Below are positions 18,961 through 27,847 of a stretch of DNA of 64,000 bases, in pieces. The notes beneath the pieces were generated by a model. The model was given only the letters and a program-made list of their open reading frames with translations, searched no databases and was not told where the DNA came from. The DNA is from an uncultured bacterium. GTDB taxonomy: Bacteria > Patescibacteriota > Minisyncoccia > UBA6257 > 2-01-FULL-56-20. The stretch lies in the NCBI GenBank assembly GCA_963705915.1, contig OY970126.1, positions 232,306 through 296,305 of the forward strand. The letters run 5' to 3'. Within the stretch, counting starts at the first letter, position 1. Each line of letters opens with the position of its first letter. The translations under genes were made by a program, and so were the position numbers.

Positions 18961-20281
18961 GAAGGAATGATTCGAGGTCTTTTATGGCAACGCGTTCTTG
19001 CTTGCCGGTATCGCGGTCGCGCACCGTTACCGTGTCTTTCATGTTTGGATCATCCCCGTCGCCCAGAGTGTCAAAATCGATTGTGATGCAATATGGCGTT
19101 CCGATTTCATCCTGAGAATAATAACGCTTGCCGATGTTGCCGCGATCATCCCACGCAACAAAAAATTTCTTGCGGAGATCGTTGTAAATTCCTCGAGCTT
19201 TTTCGACGAGCACCGGCTTGTTTGCGAGCAATGGGAAAATCGCAGCCTTGTATGGCGCGAGTTTTGGTGGAAGTTTTAGGAAGATCCGGTCATCTGATTC
19301 CGTGTAGGCGTCGAGCAGGGTGACGAGCACTGATCGGTCGAGGCCGAACGCCGGCTCGATCACATGCGGCCAAAACGCCTCGCCGGTTTGGGGATCTTTG
19401 TATGGTGCATCTTTATAATGACGTTTCAAATCAAAATCGGTGCGATACGCTAAGCCGTAGAGTTCCTTGCGGCCGAATGGATAGTCATATTCAAAATCAA
19501 TTGTTCGTTTGGAGTAGTGAGCTAAATCCCCTTTCTCGATATCATTCTCGTGAACATGAGATTTCTCAATGCCAAGGTCGTCCGTTATCCATGCCCAAAT
19601 TTCTTTTCGCCACATTTCAAAGAATGATTCCCAGTCGGCGTCGCGCATTGGTGCAGGGATAAAATATTCGAGTTCCATAAGCTCGAACTCACGCGTCCGG
19701 AAAATGAAATTCCCTGGCGTTATCTCATTGCGAAATGCCTTGCCGCTTTGCGCGATCCCGAATGGCAGGTTTTTCCTCGCCGTATCAACGACGTTTTTGA
19801 AATCGACGAACATAGCTTGGGCCGTTTCGGGGCGGAAATAAACTTCATTGGATTTTTCTTCGGCGGGACCCAAGAAAGTTTTCAACATCAAATTAAATTG
19901 CTTTGCTTCAGTGAACGTGTTCTTTTTTCCGCAATTCGGACATGCTGCCTTCGTATCAATTTGATCTTCACGAAAGCGTTCGTGGCAGTTTTTGCATTCA
20001 ACGAGCGGGTCGGTGAAATTCTGAAGGTGTCCGCTTGCCTCCCATACTTTTGGATTCATAATGAGCGCCGAATCAAGGCCGACCATATCGTCGCGGCGAT
20101 GGACGAAACGATCCCACCAGGCGTTTTTAATATTGTTTTTAAGCTCAACGCCGAGCGGGCCGTAGTCCCAGGAATTTGCGAGGCCGCCATAGATTTCGGA
20201 TCCGGGAAAAATAAAACCGCGCCGCTTGGCGAGCGAAACGATTTTTTCCATCAGGCTGTTTTCTTCAGGAGGTTTTTTCAT
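18941..20281 (-). CDS. glyQS: glycine--tRNA ligase (homodimeric alpha2 type)
   Basis: class II aaRS motifs, N-terminus EKIVSLAKRRGFIFPGSEIYGGLANSWDYGPLG typical of alpha2 GlyRS. Confidence 0.9.
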   Translation of the reverse strand: MKKPPEENSLMEKIVSLAKRRGFIFPGSEIYGGLANSWDYGPLGVELKNNIKNAWWDRFVHRRDDMVGLDSALIMNPKVWEASGHLQNFTDPLVECKNCHERFREDQIDTKAACPNCGKKNTFTEAKQFNLMLKTFLGPAEEKSNEVYFRPETAQAMFVDFKNVVDTARKNLPFGIAQSGKAFRNEITPGNFIFRTREFELMELEYFIPAPMRDADWESFFEMWRKEIWAWITDDLGIEKSHVHENDIEKGDLAHYSKRTIDFEYDYPFGRKELYGLAYRTDFDLKRHYKDAPYKDPQTGEAFWPHVIEPAFGLDRSVLVTLLDAYTESDDRIFLKLPPKLAPYKAAIFPLLANKPVLVEKARGIYNDLRKKFFVAWDDRGNIGKRYYSQDEIGTPYCITIDFDTLGDGDDPNMKDTVTVRDRDTGKQERVAIKDLESFLHAKIYR

Positions 20282-20291
20282 TGGTATGCCG

Positions 20292-22262
20292 CTATTGCGT
20301 CACCGTTTTGTTATCAACGTGGTCCAGTGATGCATCGTCCGGTAATTGGGTCGTAATCGGCTGATCGGACGCCGAAAGTGTTTCACCGGTAAAGTCATCC
20401 GTCGCCGTGAGCGAGGTCTGTCCGACGAGGTTCACGATCTGCCCAACCTGGTTCACTGCTGGAGTATCGCTTATTTGGAACGTCGCTTCAAGGGGTTGGC
20501 CCAAAACCCCAGTTGTCGCGGCAATATGCGGAATAGTCCAACTCACGAGGCCGGTGCCTGGGTCGTAGACCGGCGTGTCGGACGCAACGCTGCTTGTTGC
20601 GACGCCTGTAAAGGTACTTCCGGACTGCAGATAGGCTGAGACCGTGACGTTGTCGATATCGGTTGCGTAATTTGCAAGCACCCAGCGCACCGTATATTCC
20701 GTCGGCTGATTTACCTTCGGTGGGTATGGACCGGTATTTTTAATGCCCGACGGATCATGGAAAAACCCCTGTGCAGCAACGGTTACATCGCCAGCCACTT
20801 TGGTATCCATTTCTGCAATCGATTGCGTACCGGTGCCGCCTGCAGTGTTCGGCGGAACCGTTGGCGAAGAAATCGTGGCGACGGTTTTCAGGACAAAATC
20901 CTTGTCGCTCGGAAGTTTGATGGGGTAGTTAGCTTTGGCAGCCAATTCAAAATTAACCGACCCCGACTGTCCCGGCGCGAGTGATGCGAGTTGCGGGTCG
21001 GTTGCGGCGTTCCAGGTGATGGTGTCTGAAATCGAATTGAAAGAGCCGTCGCTATGCAATTGTGAAAAATCGAACATCGTTCCGGTAAGCTTGGCGGTGA
21101 TGTTCGGCGCTTGGAACGTGATGTTTGATGTATTCGTGTAAGTGAGTACGTAATTCAGTTCGTTCCCTGCACCTGCGATATAACTTGACGTGCCATTGAG
21201 CGCAATCGATATGGATAGCGGCGCCTGAGCGATCGTCACGTTCGTTGACTGTGTTGCAACCGGATATGTCTGGCCTTCAAACGATCCCTGCAGCGTACCA
21301 TTCAAAGGGTATGGCGCATTTGCCGGGCCGCTGATATTTGCGAGCACCGTAAAGCTGCTTGAGGCGCCTGCGATGACTTTTCCAAGGTCCCATGCGATAG
21401 TTCCAGGTTCATTGGTGCTCCCAGTGACGAGTGGAAGACTACTCGAAACAATCGTGAGTGCTGGTGGATAATTCAGGATAAAGGTTCCATCGGTGAGATC
21501 CTGTGGGCTCTGGTTTGCGTAATTTATGGTAATCGGAAAATTTTGTCCGCTAAATACGTTTGCTGGAACGTTAAAACTGAAGCCGAGCGCCGCGGAACCT
21601 AACGCAATATCAGTTTGTCCTGTGGCTTCGTATTGATTTGCCGTGTTGTTCCCTGAGCTATACGTCATCGTCGCCTGAAGATGTTGAACGCTATTTGGAT
21701 TGGTTGTTGCAATAACGTCGAATGTTGTGCTGCTCGTATTTCCCGCCGCAATGTCGGGAAGATTCACTTCCGCAACCCGCTGGGTTTGCGGCTCGTTTAT
21801 AAAAGAAATTCCAGCGGGCAATAAAACAGAAAGTTGTGCGTCTTGCAGTGTTTGTTCAGAATCATTTGAAAAAGAAACAGTGAGGATGAATGGATCCCCT
21901 ACAAATGTTTGGGTTGGGGCGCTGAGGGTCAACGTGAGTTGCGGGATTGGACGATTTTTTATAAATACCACGATCGCGGCTGCCACGCCAAGCATGATGA
22001 TCAGTCCTGCGGCGAACCAAGCGAGGCCGTGGCCTTTGAATATGGATTTTTTGCCGCCGTCGCCGCCACTCTCACCCCCGCCTCCAGGTTGCTGTATCGG
22101 GGGCTTTTCGGCCGGTTTGTCTTGCGGCTTTTCCGCTCCTGTTGCCGCAGCTGCCGTTGCCTGCGGTCCCGTGAGTGACGAAGGCTGCGGACCCTTTCCA
22201 GGGACGTAGACATATTCTTTCTTTTTGCTGCCCCAAATGGAATTCGGGTTGTAGGTTGCCAT
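20292..22262 (-). CDS. large type-II-oriented surface protein (cytoplasmic N-terminus, one TM, about 550-aa extracytoplasmic beta-rich repeats); start moved to MATYNP to avoid overlap with recO
   Basis: TM LAWFAAGLIIMLGVAAAIVVFI after Gly/Pro/Lys-rich cytoplasmic segment; Thr/Ser/Asn-rich beta-strand repeats. Confidence 0.5.
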   Translation of the reverse strand: MATYNPNSIWGSKKKEYVYVPGKGPQPSSLTGPQATAAAATGAEKPQDKPAEKPPIQQPGGGGESGGDGGKKSIFKGHGLAWFAAGLIIMLGVAAAIVVFIKNRPIPQLTLTLSAPTQTFVGDPFILTVSFSNDSEQTLQDAQLSVLLPAGISFINEPQTQRVAEVNLPDIAAGNTSSTTFDVIATTNPNSVQHLQATMTYSSGNNTANQYEATGQTDIALGSAALGFSFNVPANVFSGQNFPITINYANQSPQDLTDGTFILNYPPALTIVSSSLPLVTGSTNEPGTIAWDLGKVIAGASSSFTVLANISGPANAPYPLNGTLQGSFEGQTYPVATQSTNVTIAQAPLSISIALNGTSSYIAGAGNELNYVLTYTNTSNITFQAPNITAKLTGTMFDFSQLHSDGSFNSISDTITWNAATDPQLASLAPGQSGSVNFELAAKANYPIKLPSDKDFVLKTVATISSPTVPPNTAGGTGTQSIAEMDTKVAGDVTVAAQGFFHDPSGIKNTGPYPPKVNQPTEYTVRWVLANYATDIDNVTVSAYLQSGSTFTGVATSSVASDTPVYDPGTGLVSWTIPHIAATTGVLGQPLEATFQISDTPAVNQVGQIVNLVGQTSLTATDDFTGETLSASDQPITTQLPDDASLDHVDNKTVTQ

Positions 22263-22284
22263 AAAAAATCCGACCGTGCGGATA

Positions 22285-22779
22285 TTACAATAATAATACC
22301 GCATCGCGCTCCAGCTTTGAAGCGCAGTTCTCACAAAAATATTCCTGGCGTCGGACGTAGAATGCTGCAACATCGTTGCGCCCGCACGCGGCACATACGG
22401 CCCCTTCTGGATCCCAGCCGAGGACGCTGAGAACGCGCGGCCAGGAGAATGCTTCTTGAAACATTAAACTCCAAAGTTCCGGTTCGGGTTGGCCTTCGGG
22501 GAGTAATTCAGCCAAAAAATGTAGGTCAAGAAACGAAACGGATGAAATCCTGCCCACTTTTAATGCATCCACAATTTGCGTGCCGTGTTGTTCGATATAA
22601 CGCACGCGCGAGACCATCCCCGGCTCCAGGTGTGGAGCAAGTTTGGATGTGATTTTGCGCGAGCTCGTGGTTTTGCCGACCACTTTCCCGAATTGTTCAG
22701 TAAAAAAAGCATACCGCCCATCCAGGTCGCGAAGTGGATCTTTTTTGAGAACGATAGTGTTCGCAACATATTCTTGCAT
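22285..22779 (-). CDS. recO: DNA repair protein RecO (miniaturised, 164 aa)
   Basis: N-terminal OB-fold pattern TIVLKKDPLRDLDGRYAFFTEQFGKVVGKT; C-terminal zinc finger CAACG...CENC. Confidence 0.7.
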   Translation of the reverse strand: MQEYVANTIVLKKDPLRDLDGRYAFFTEQFGKVVGKTTSSRKITSKLAPHLEPGMVSRVRYIEQHGTQIVDALKVGRISSVSFLDLHFLAELLPEGQPEPELWSLMFQEAFSWPRVLSVLGWDPEGAVCAACGRNDVAAFYVRRQEYFCENCASKLERDAVLLL

Positions 22780-22844
22780 GAGTTCATTTTATCATTTTGT
22801 GCGCAGGCGTGGACGCCTTTCAAACTTCGCCTTACAACAACGCC

Positions 22845-22873
22845 TTGTTAAGTAAGGGTAATCCTGATATTCT
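22845..22873 (+). promoter_or_regulatory. sigma70-like promoter TTGTTA-N17-TATTCT, 3 nt upstream of ATG (leaderless or near-leaderless)
   Basis: -35 22845-22850, -10 22868-22873, ATG 22877; alternative ATG 22895 with GAGG at 22887-22890. Confidence 0.3.
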
Positions 22874-22876
22874 GCA

Positions 22877-23071
22877 ATGAGAAAGCGAGGTTTTATGTAC
22901 GAGTGTCACTGCCCTTGTCACGGAAAGAATGGCGTAGGCATAGCGGACCATTGCAGGCCTTGTTGCGAGCTGTGTCCCCATTGCCACACCAACATCATGA
23001 TTGGATGCATGGAAGCGCACCTCAAAGAAAGTCATCCCGGCGTAGACGCGTCAGCCGTTTTCCCGAGCTAG
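22877..23071 (+). CDS. putative Cys/His-rich small protein (64 aa; 9 Cys, 7 His), possible metal-binding peptide
   Basis: ORF bracketed by candidate promoter and strong Rho-independent terminator 38 nt after stop; sequence YECHCPCHG...HCRPCCELCPHCH. Confidence 0.3.
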   Translation: MRKRGFMYECHCPCHGKNGVGIADHCRPCCELCPHCHTNIMIGCMEAHLKESHPGVDASAVFPS

Positions 23072-23108
23072 CAGCGGAAGCGGCGAAGAAGCCTTCGTAT
23101 CGACCAAA

Positions 23109-23140
23109 TCGACGATTCCGTTATCGTCGATTTATTTTTT
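23109..23140 (+). terminator. Rho-independent terminator (8-bp stem TCGACGAT/ATCGTCGA + TTTATTTTTT)
   Basis: Perfect 8-bp stem, 6-nt loop, 10-nt T-rich tract. Confidence 0.6.
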
Positions 23141-23144
23141 CATC

Positions 23145-23160
23145 GTGCGCAGGGCAGGAT
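23145..23160. repeat. 16-nt exact direct repeat of the tRNA-Tyr 3' end (GTGCGCAGGGCAGGAT; second copy 23318-23333 inside the tRNA)
   Basis: Exact 16/16 match in the same orientation, 157 nt apart; looks like an att-site duplication. Confidence 0.6.
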
Positions 23161-23161
23161 G

Positions 23162-23315
23162 GCGCGTAAGAACGCGCGGAATTGGTTCGCTCGGAGAAAA
23201 TACAATCTTCCATTCTATTTTCTCCTCGCTGCCAATTCCCGAACCCTGAAGGGTTCTCATCCCGCCTTCATACGAGCAACAAAAATGAATGTCTTTTAGA
23301 CATTCATTTTTGTTG
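23162..23315. repeat. highly structured 154-nt tRNA trailer: four consecutive hairpins including a perfect 17-bp palindrome abutting the tRNA 3' end
   Basis: H1 23162-23177 (GCGCGT/ACGCGC), H2 23178-23239 (GGAATTGG...CCAATTCC with inner 10-bp stem), H3 23241-23256 (GAACCC/GGGTTC), H4 23277-23315 (CAACAAAAATGAATGTC-ttta a-GACATTCATTTTTGTTG). Confidence 0.7.
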
Positions 23316-23400
23316 TGGTGCGCAGGGCAGGATTCGAACCTGCGTAGCCCATTGGGCGACAGATTTACAGTCTGTTGCGATTGGCCGCTCCGCCACCTGC
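23316..23400 (-). tRNA. tRNA-Tyr(GTA), class II with long variable arm, CCA encoded
   Basis: Minus-strand sequence GCGCAGG...anticodon loop CUGUAAA...long variable arm...TPsiC GGTTCGAATCC...CCTGCGC-A-CCA; 7-bp acceptor stem. Confidence 0.85.
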
Positions 23401-23444
23401 GCAGAGCAATATTGTTATACTATGTTTCCGAAAAATACGGAAGG

Positions 23445-23858
23445 TTACACCGGCAAATTGTCGGCGCTGTCGCCGTCTTCCTTGAGGCGGTCTGCTGCGC
23501 GACGGCCAAAGCGGCGCCGGTCCTCCGTGCGACGGTCGCCGCCTGCGATCTCTCGAAAATCGATTACTGATTTTCGTTCCTGCTCGGCCTCCTTTGCTTT
23601 CATTTTTTGGAGATGAGATCCGAGCGTGTTGTCGAGTTTTAATATGACAACTTTTATTTTGCGGAGAAATTTGAAGAGAAATCCATTGAGAGCGATGTCT
23701 ATTTTCTCCGGAATCTGCGAATGAGCCCATCGATCAAGAAACCCACCAACCTTTCCCGTTGTAGGCTCTTCTTCGATCCGCGGTAATGTGCGAACCATAA
23801 GATAGAGCACTGCCGAAAGGCAGACCATGAGAATCGTCGTAAAAACGAATTCAACCAT
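23445..23858 (-). CDS. hypothetical membrane-anchored protein with Arg/Asp/Glu-rich C-terminal tail
   Basis: N-terminal TM FVFTTILMVCLSAVLYLMV; co-directional between tsf and tRNA-Tyr. Confidence 0.45.
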   Translation of the reverse strand: MVEFVFTTILMVCLSAVLYLMVRTLPRIEEEPTTGKVGGFLDRWAHSQIPEKIDIALNGFLFKFLRKIKVVILKLDNTLGSHLQKMKAKEAEQERKSVIDFREIAGGDRRTEDRRRFGRRAADRLKEDGDSADNLPV

Positions 23859-23865
23859 CTGATTA

Positions 23866-24321
23866 TTATACCTCGATCCGATAGAACTGATTCACTGTCA
23901 CGTTCTCCCCTACCTTCGCGATCACGTCGTTCACTAAGTCTCTTACGGTCTTTGATTCATCTTTTATGTAAGGCTGGGCAAGCAGTTCCTCGGTATTCGT
24001 TGGAGCCATAGCTGAGATCTGCATCGCAAGCTCGTGGGCGAGCTTTTGGAATGGTTCTGAACGCACCACGAAATCCGTCTCCGCCCGCAGGTCGAGCAAT
24101 ACGCCGATTCGTTCATTGTGCACATATGAATGCACCAAGCCTGCGCCGGTTTCCCGTCCCGCGCGCTTTTCGACTTTAGCCAAACCTTTCTCGTGTATGA
24201 TTTTTATCGCCGCATCGATGTCGCCGTCGGCCTCAATGAGCGCTTTGCGGCAATCCATCACACCGGCACTCGTCATCTCACGCAGTTTTTGAACCGCTTC
24301 CGCGGAAATATTTTTTGCCAT
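23866..24321 (-). CDS. tsf: elongation factor Ts (short form, 151 aa)
   Basis: UBA-like N-terminus VQKLREMTSAGVMDCRKAL, TDFV motif; directly downstream of rpsB. Confidence 0.85.
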   Translation of the reverse strand: MAKNISAEAVQKLREMTSAGVMDCRKALIEADGDIDAAIKIIHEKGLAKVEKRAGRETGAGLVHSYVHNERIGVLLDLRAETDFVVRSEPFQKLAHELAMQISAMAPTNTEELLAQPYIKDESKTVRDLVNDVIAKVGENVTVNQFYRIEV

Positions 24322-24340
24322 GGGTTATAGTATACCAAAC

Positions 24341-25114
24341 CTATGCCGCCTTTGCATCCTCTGCCGCTTTCGCTGCTTGTTGTGCGCGCAACGTCGTCCC
24401 CTCTTGAATTGCTGCTTCAATATTTCCAAGGAACCAATCGATACTGCGTTTTGCTTTGTCGTTTCCAGGGACGAGATAGTCAACTTCATCGGGGTTGGCA
24501 TCAACGTTCGCAAGGGCCACGATCGGTATCTTCTTTAAACGAGCTTCCCGAATCGCCGTTGTGTGGACAACCGGGTCAATCATGATTATTGCATCTGGTT
24601 CGCGGGTCATGTTTTCGAGGCCGCCCATGAGTTCCTCGAGGCGACGCATCTCGCGTTCAAGTTCGAGGCGTTCTTTCTTGGTGTATTTATCGAGAGCTCC
24701 AGAAGCAAAATCGGCACGAAGCTTCTTGAGATATTCAATGCGCTTTGAGATGATCTTGAAATTCGTGATTGCTCCGCCAACCCATCGGGATGACACATAG
24801 GGCATGGAAAACTTCTTTCCGATCTCTACAACCCGCGCTTCTGCCGCCGGAATGGCACCCACAATGAGCACGAGTCCGCCGCTACGCACCTTTTCTTTAA
24901 TGAAAGCGGTGGCAGCTTCGAGCATTTCTGAGGTTCTTTGCAGATTGATAATTTCAATGCCGCCGCGGTTTGCAATGATGAATTGCCGCATCTTGGGGTT
25001 TGTCTTGCTCTTTTTGCGGCCATAAAAAACACCCGCATCCATCATTTCGCGGGAAGCTTCTGAGGGATACCCAAGGTCTTGGGTTGTGCCCGGAGCGGTA
25101 ATATCGTTTGCCAT
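24341..25114 (-). CDS. rpsB: 30S ribosomal protein S2
   Basis: Full-length S2 similarity (FYGRKKSKTNPKM, IANRGGIEIINL). Confidence 0.9.
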   Translation of the reverse strand: MANDITAPGTTQDLGYPSEASREMMDAGVFYGRKKSKTNPKMRQFIIANRGGIEIINLQRTSEMLEAATAFIKEKVRSGGLVLIVGAIPAAEARVVEIGKKFSMPYVSSRWVGGAITNFKIISKRIEYLKKLRADFASGALDKYTKKERLELEREMRRLEELMGGLENMTREPDAIIMIDPVVHTTAIREARLKKIPIVALANVDANPDEVDYLVPGNDKAKRSIDWFLGNIEAAIQEGTTLRAQQAAKAAEDAKAA

Positions 25115-25152
25115 ACGAAGGATAGTATAGCAAATCGGACGAATTGGTCAAC

Positions 25153-26199
25153 CTAGAATGCGCGGGAGAGGAAAAAGACTACGAGGCCAAGTGCACAGAA
25201 AATTGCCGAGATGATCCAAAAGCGCATGGTCACCTGCGACTCGGGCCAGCCAAGGGCTTCAAAATGGTGATGGATCGGCGTCGAGCGGAACACTTTTTTG
25301 CCACGCAGTTTTTTGGAAATAACCTGAATGATCACGGAGAGCGATTCGATCACAAGAATAAAAGCAAAAAATGGGAGGATAAGCGTTGTGTTTGTGAGCA
25401 TGGCGATCACGCCGATCGTGACGCCGAGCGACATGGAACCCGTGTCGCCCATGAAGAACTTTGCGGGATAGATGTTGTACCAAAGAAATGCGAGCAACGC
25501 GCCAATCATCGTTCCGCCAAACGCTGCAAGATTGTAGCGATGCAAGACGAAGGCAACGGTTGTAAGCGCGACGAATGCAAAAAGCGAAACGCCACCCAGG
25601 AGTCCGTCGAGGCCGTCGGTTTCGTTCGCCGAAAATGCGCTTGCGAAGATGATGAAGATGAATATGGGAATATACCACCAGCCGATCGTTATATTTCCGA
25701 CGAACGGCACAAAAAGCACATCCCATTGGAGCCTGAAATAGAACCACCATGCGCCGATGATGGCCATGATGAAATATAAGACCGACTTCTGACGGATTTT
25801 GAGGCCTCCGCCGTTTGCGCCGCCGAGCTTGAGGACGCCGAGCCAATCATCGAGAAGGCCGAGCAGCGCGGCGCCTGCAAGCGCGGCGAGCGGTAAATAG
25901 GTCTCAGCCCGGTTTATAAAATCAAAGTAGTTCCAGAAACCCCCGAAGAAATGGTCGAGAAGTCCAAAAAAGATGGCCATACCGAGCACCGTTGACCAGA
26001 TAATGATGCCACCCCCCGTCGGAGTCCCAACCTTATTTTTATGGAGGTTATGGAAAACGGGTGTCTTTGTATCGTCGCGGAGGTTTTTCCCGAAGTTCTT
26101 ATTCTTGAGGAACGTAAACCAAAATGGAGTTACGAAAAGAGCTGTGAAAAATGCGATAGTGGCAAGGATGGTAACGCGTACGGTTTCGGCGACGAGCAT
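25153..26199 (-). CDS. mraY: phospho-N-acetylmuramoyl-pentapeptide-transferase
   Basis: 10-TM profile, HKNKVGTPTGGG (KxGTPTMGG motif), LLDDWLG DD motif, FMGDTGSMSLG. Confidence 0.8.
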   Translation of the reverse strand: MLVAETVRVTILATIAFFTALFVTPFWFTFLKNKNFGKNLRDDTKTPVFHNLHKNKVGTPTGGGIIIWSTVLGMAIFFGLLDHFFGGFWNYFDFINRAETYLPLAALAGAALLGLLDDWLGVLKLGGANGGGLKIRQKSVLYFIMAIIGAWWFYFRLQWDVLFVPFVGNITIGWWYIPIFIFIIFASAFSANETDGLDGLLGGVSLFAFVALTTVAFVLHRYNLAAFGGTMIGALLAFLWYNIYPAKFFMGDTGSMSLGVTIGVIAMLTNTTLILPFFAFILVIESLSVIIQVISKKLRGKKVFRSTPIHHHFEALGWPESQVTMRFWIISAIFCALGLVVFFLSRAF

Positions 26200-26217
26200 A
26201 GAAATGTTAAAAAATCA

Positions 26218-27234
26218 TTAACGATAATTTGCCTTTGCCCAATCAAATAGTTTTGTCGAATCGCCAAATCGGTCGTTCGTACCAAGGGCAAGGACGAACA
26301 GCGGATGCCCGTCGTAATTAAAGATGGTGAGAAGATTGCCGCTTGCTTCGTCGGTATGTCCGGTTTTGCCGCCGATGAAATCCGGTTCTCCGGAGAAAAG
26401 ATCAATGCTATCAACCGCAACCTTCCTTCCGCTGGTAAGATTCGTGATCATTACATGCGGCACACGCGTGATCGCTAAGATTTGCGGATAGTTTTGATAG
26501 ATTTGCTCGGCAAGCAAAAGAAGATCGTTCGCACTTGATTGGTTCGCGGCCGAAAGCCCCGACGGGTCGGCGTAATAGGTATTCACCATCCCCCACTGGG
26601 CAGCCTTTGCGTTCATGAGTGCCATGAATTGTGTATAGCCATACGTATCGGCAAGTGCCTCTGCGGCAACGTTGCTCGACGGCAATAAAAGCACACGGAG
26701 CAAGTCAGAAACAGTGTAGGTGCCCCCGACTTGGAGTGTGTATTCCTGGGGATCAACAGAAAACATCTGCGGAGTAATGGTGATGGTTTGATTCATATCC
26801 ATACGATCAAACACAATCGCAGCCGTCATAAGTTTTGTAAGCGAAGCCATCGGCCAACGGGCATTCGTGTTGAGCGAAAGCATCGGCGTTCCACTTGCGA
26901 GATCTGCAACGAGCGCCTCGGCGTCGGGAAGCGATGGCGGCGTGGTGCTCGCAACTTTAGTGAATGATGCCGTTGAGCCCCCGACGACAAATCCAATACC
27001 GGTGCTTTGTGCTACGGCGACCGAAGGAGAAGTAGTAGTGGATACGGACACGGTGCTTGGAGCTTGCAAGGCGACTATCGGTGCGGAATTATTGGAAGAC
27101 GATGAGATCGTGGATTGCGCTTCATCAGCTGACAGATTCGGTATTATCGAAAACGTTGGATAGACCGCGTGCGAAAAGAATATCGCGCCAATGACTACAA
27201 AAAGAAATAAGAATTTGAGGGCGTTTTGGGACAT
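26218..27234 (-). CDS. D-alanyl-D-alanine carboxypeptidase (S11 family, PBP5-like); start moved to MSQNALK (signal/TM anchor)
   Basis: SxxK (SLTK), SxN (SSN), KTG (KTGHT) motifs; N-terminal anchor FLFLFVVIGAIFF. Confidence 0.8.
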   Translation of the reverse strand: MSQNALKFLFLFVVIGAIFFSHAVYPTFSIIPNLSADEAQSTISSSSNNSAPIVALQAPSTVSVSTTTSPSVAVAQSTGIGFVVGGSTASFTKVASTTPPSLPDAEALVADLASGTPMLSLNTNARWPMASLTKLMTAAIVFDRMDMNQTITITPQMFSVDPQEYTLQVGGTYTVSDLLRVLLLPSSNVAAEALADTYGYTQFMALMNAKAAQWGMVNTYYADPSGLSAANQSSANDLLLLAEQIYQNYPQILAITRVPHVMITNLTSGRKVAVDSIDLFSGEPDFIGGKTGHTDEASGNLLTIFNYDGHPLFVLALGTNDRFGDSTKLFDWAKANYR

Positions 27235-27241
27235 TGGCGGG

Positions 27242-27847
27242 CTATGGTTGAGACGATTGCGGAGTTGGGATGTCGGTTCCATTGGTATCGTTCCCCGTTT
27301 CAAAAACCTTCAAGAGTTCTTGGAATTTTTGATACTCCGGCAAGTCTTCTTTATTTTTTATCCCCAAATGTTTCATGAGGTCAAACGTTGTTTGATATAA
27401 AAATCCTGAAGCGTGTTCTGGGTCTGGAAAACGTTCAACAAGGCCGCGGATCATGAGGCTGCGCAAGATAACGATTGAGTTTACTCCGCGAAGATATTCA
27501 AGTTTCGCCCGCGAAATTGGTCCGAGATAAGCGACGATCGAAAGCGCCTCAAGGCTCGCTGGCGTGAGGTCTTCGGTAATCTCTTCCTTAACGAAATCCT
27601 CGAGTATCTTATTGAACTCGGGCTTCGTTGCAAGCTGGGCCTTCTCGCGGTCGGCGATAAGTTGTAGGCCGCGGCCGGAAGATTCAAGCGATTGGCGATA
27701 CTGCTCGATCACGCCGTTTAGTTCATCCGGCGCGATGCCGAGCAGTGTCCCGATCTTTTTATACGTGAGTGGCTCACCGTGCACGAAAAGCAATGCTTCA
27801 AGCGCCGCGAATTTTTGTTCGGGATTTTCCATGTTATTCAGAGCCAC
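27242..27847 (-). CDS. scpB: segregation and condensation protein B
   Basis: Tandem winged-helix pattern, ALEALLFVHGEPLTYKKIGTLLG. Confidence 0.85.
   Translation of the reverse strand: MALNNMENPEQKFAALEALLFVHGEPLTYKKIGTLLGIAPDELNGVIEQYRQSLESSGRGLQLIADREKAQLATKPEFNKILEDFVKEEITEDLTPASLEALSIVAYLGPISRAKLEYLRGVNSIVILRSLMIRGLVERFPDPEHASGFLYQTTFDLMKHLGIKNKEDLPEYQKFQELLKVFETGNDTNGTDIPTPQSSQP

Noticed and set aside
22805-22818. Short hairpin AGGCGT-gg-ACGCCT just upstream of recO as a possible terminator
   Set aside because: There is no adjacent T-tract on either strand. More likely incidental, or an operator-like palindrome of unknown relevance
22903-23169. 88-aa Arg-rich plus-strand ORF overlapping the Cys/His mini-ORF and reading through the terminator hairpin
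   Set aside because: It reads across a strong Rho-independent terminator, and its composition (Arg/Ser/Pro) looks like frame noise. The 64-aa Cys/His frame is better supported by the promoter and terminator positions
25259-25846. 195-aa minus-strand ORF and 211-aa plus-strand ORF overlapping mraY
   Set aside because: The mraY frame carries the diagnostic KxGTPTMGG and DD motifs and a 10-TM profile. The others are His/Arg-rich frame artefacts
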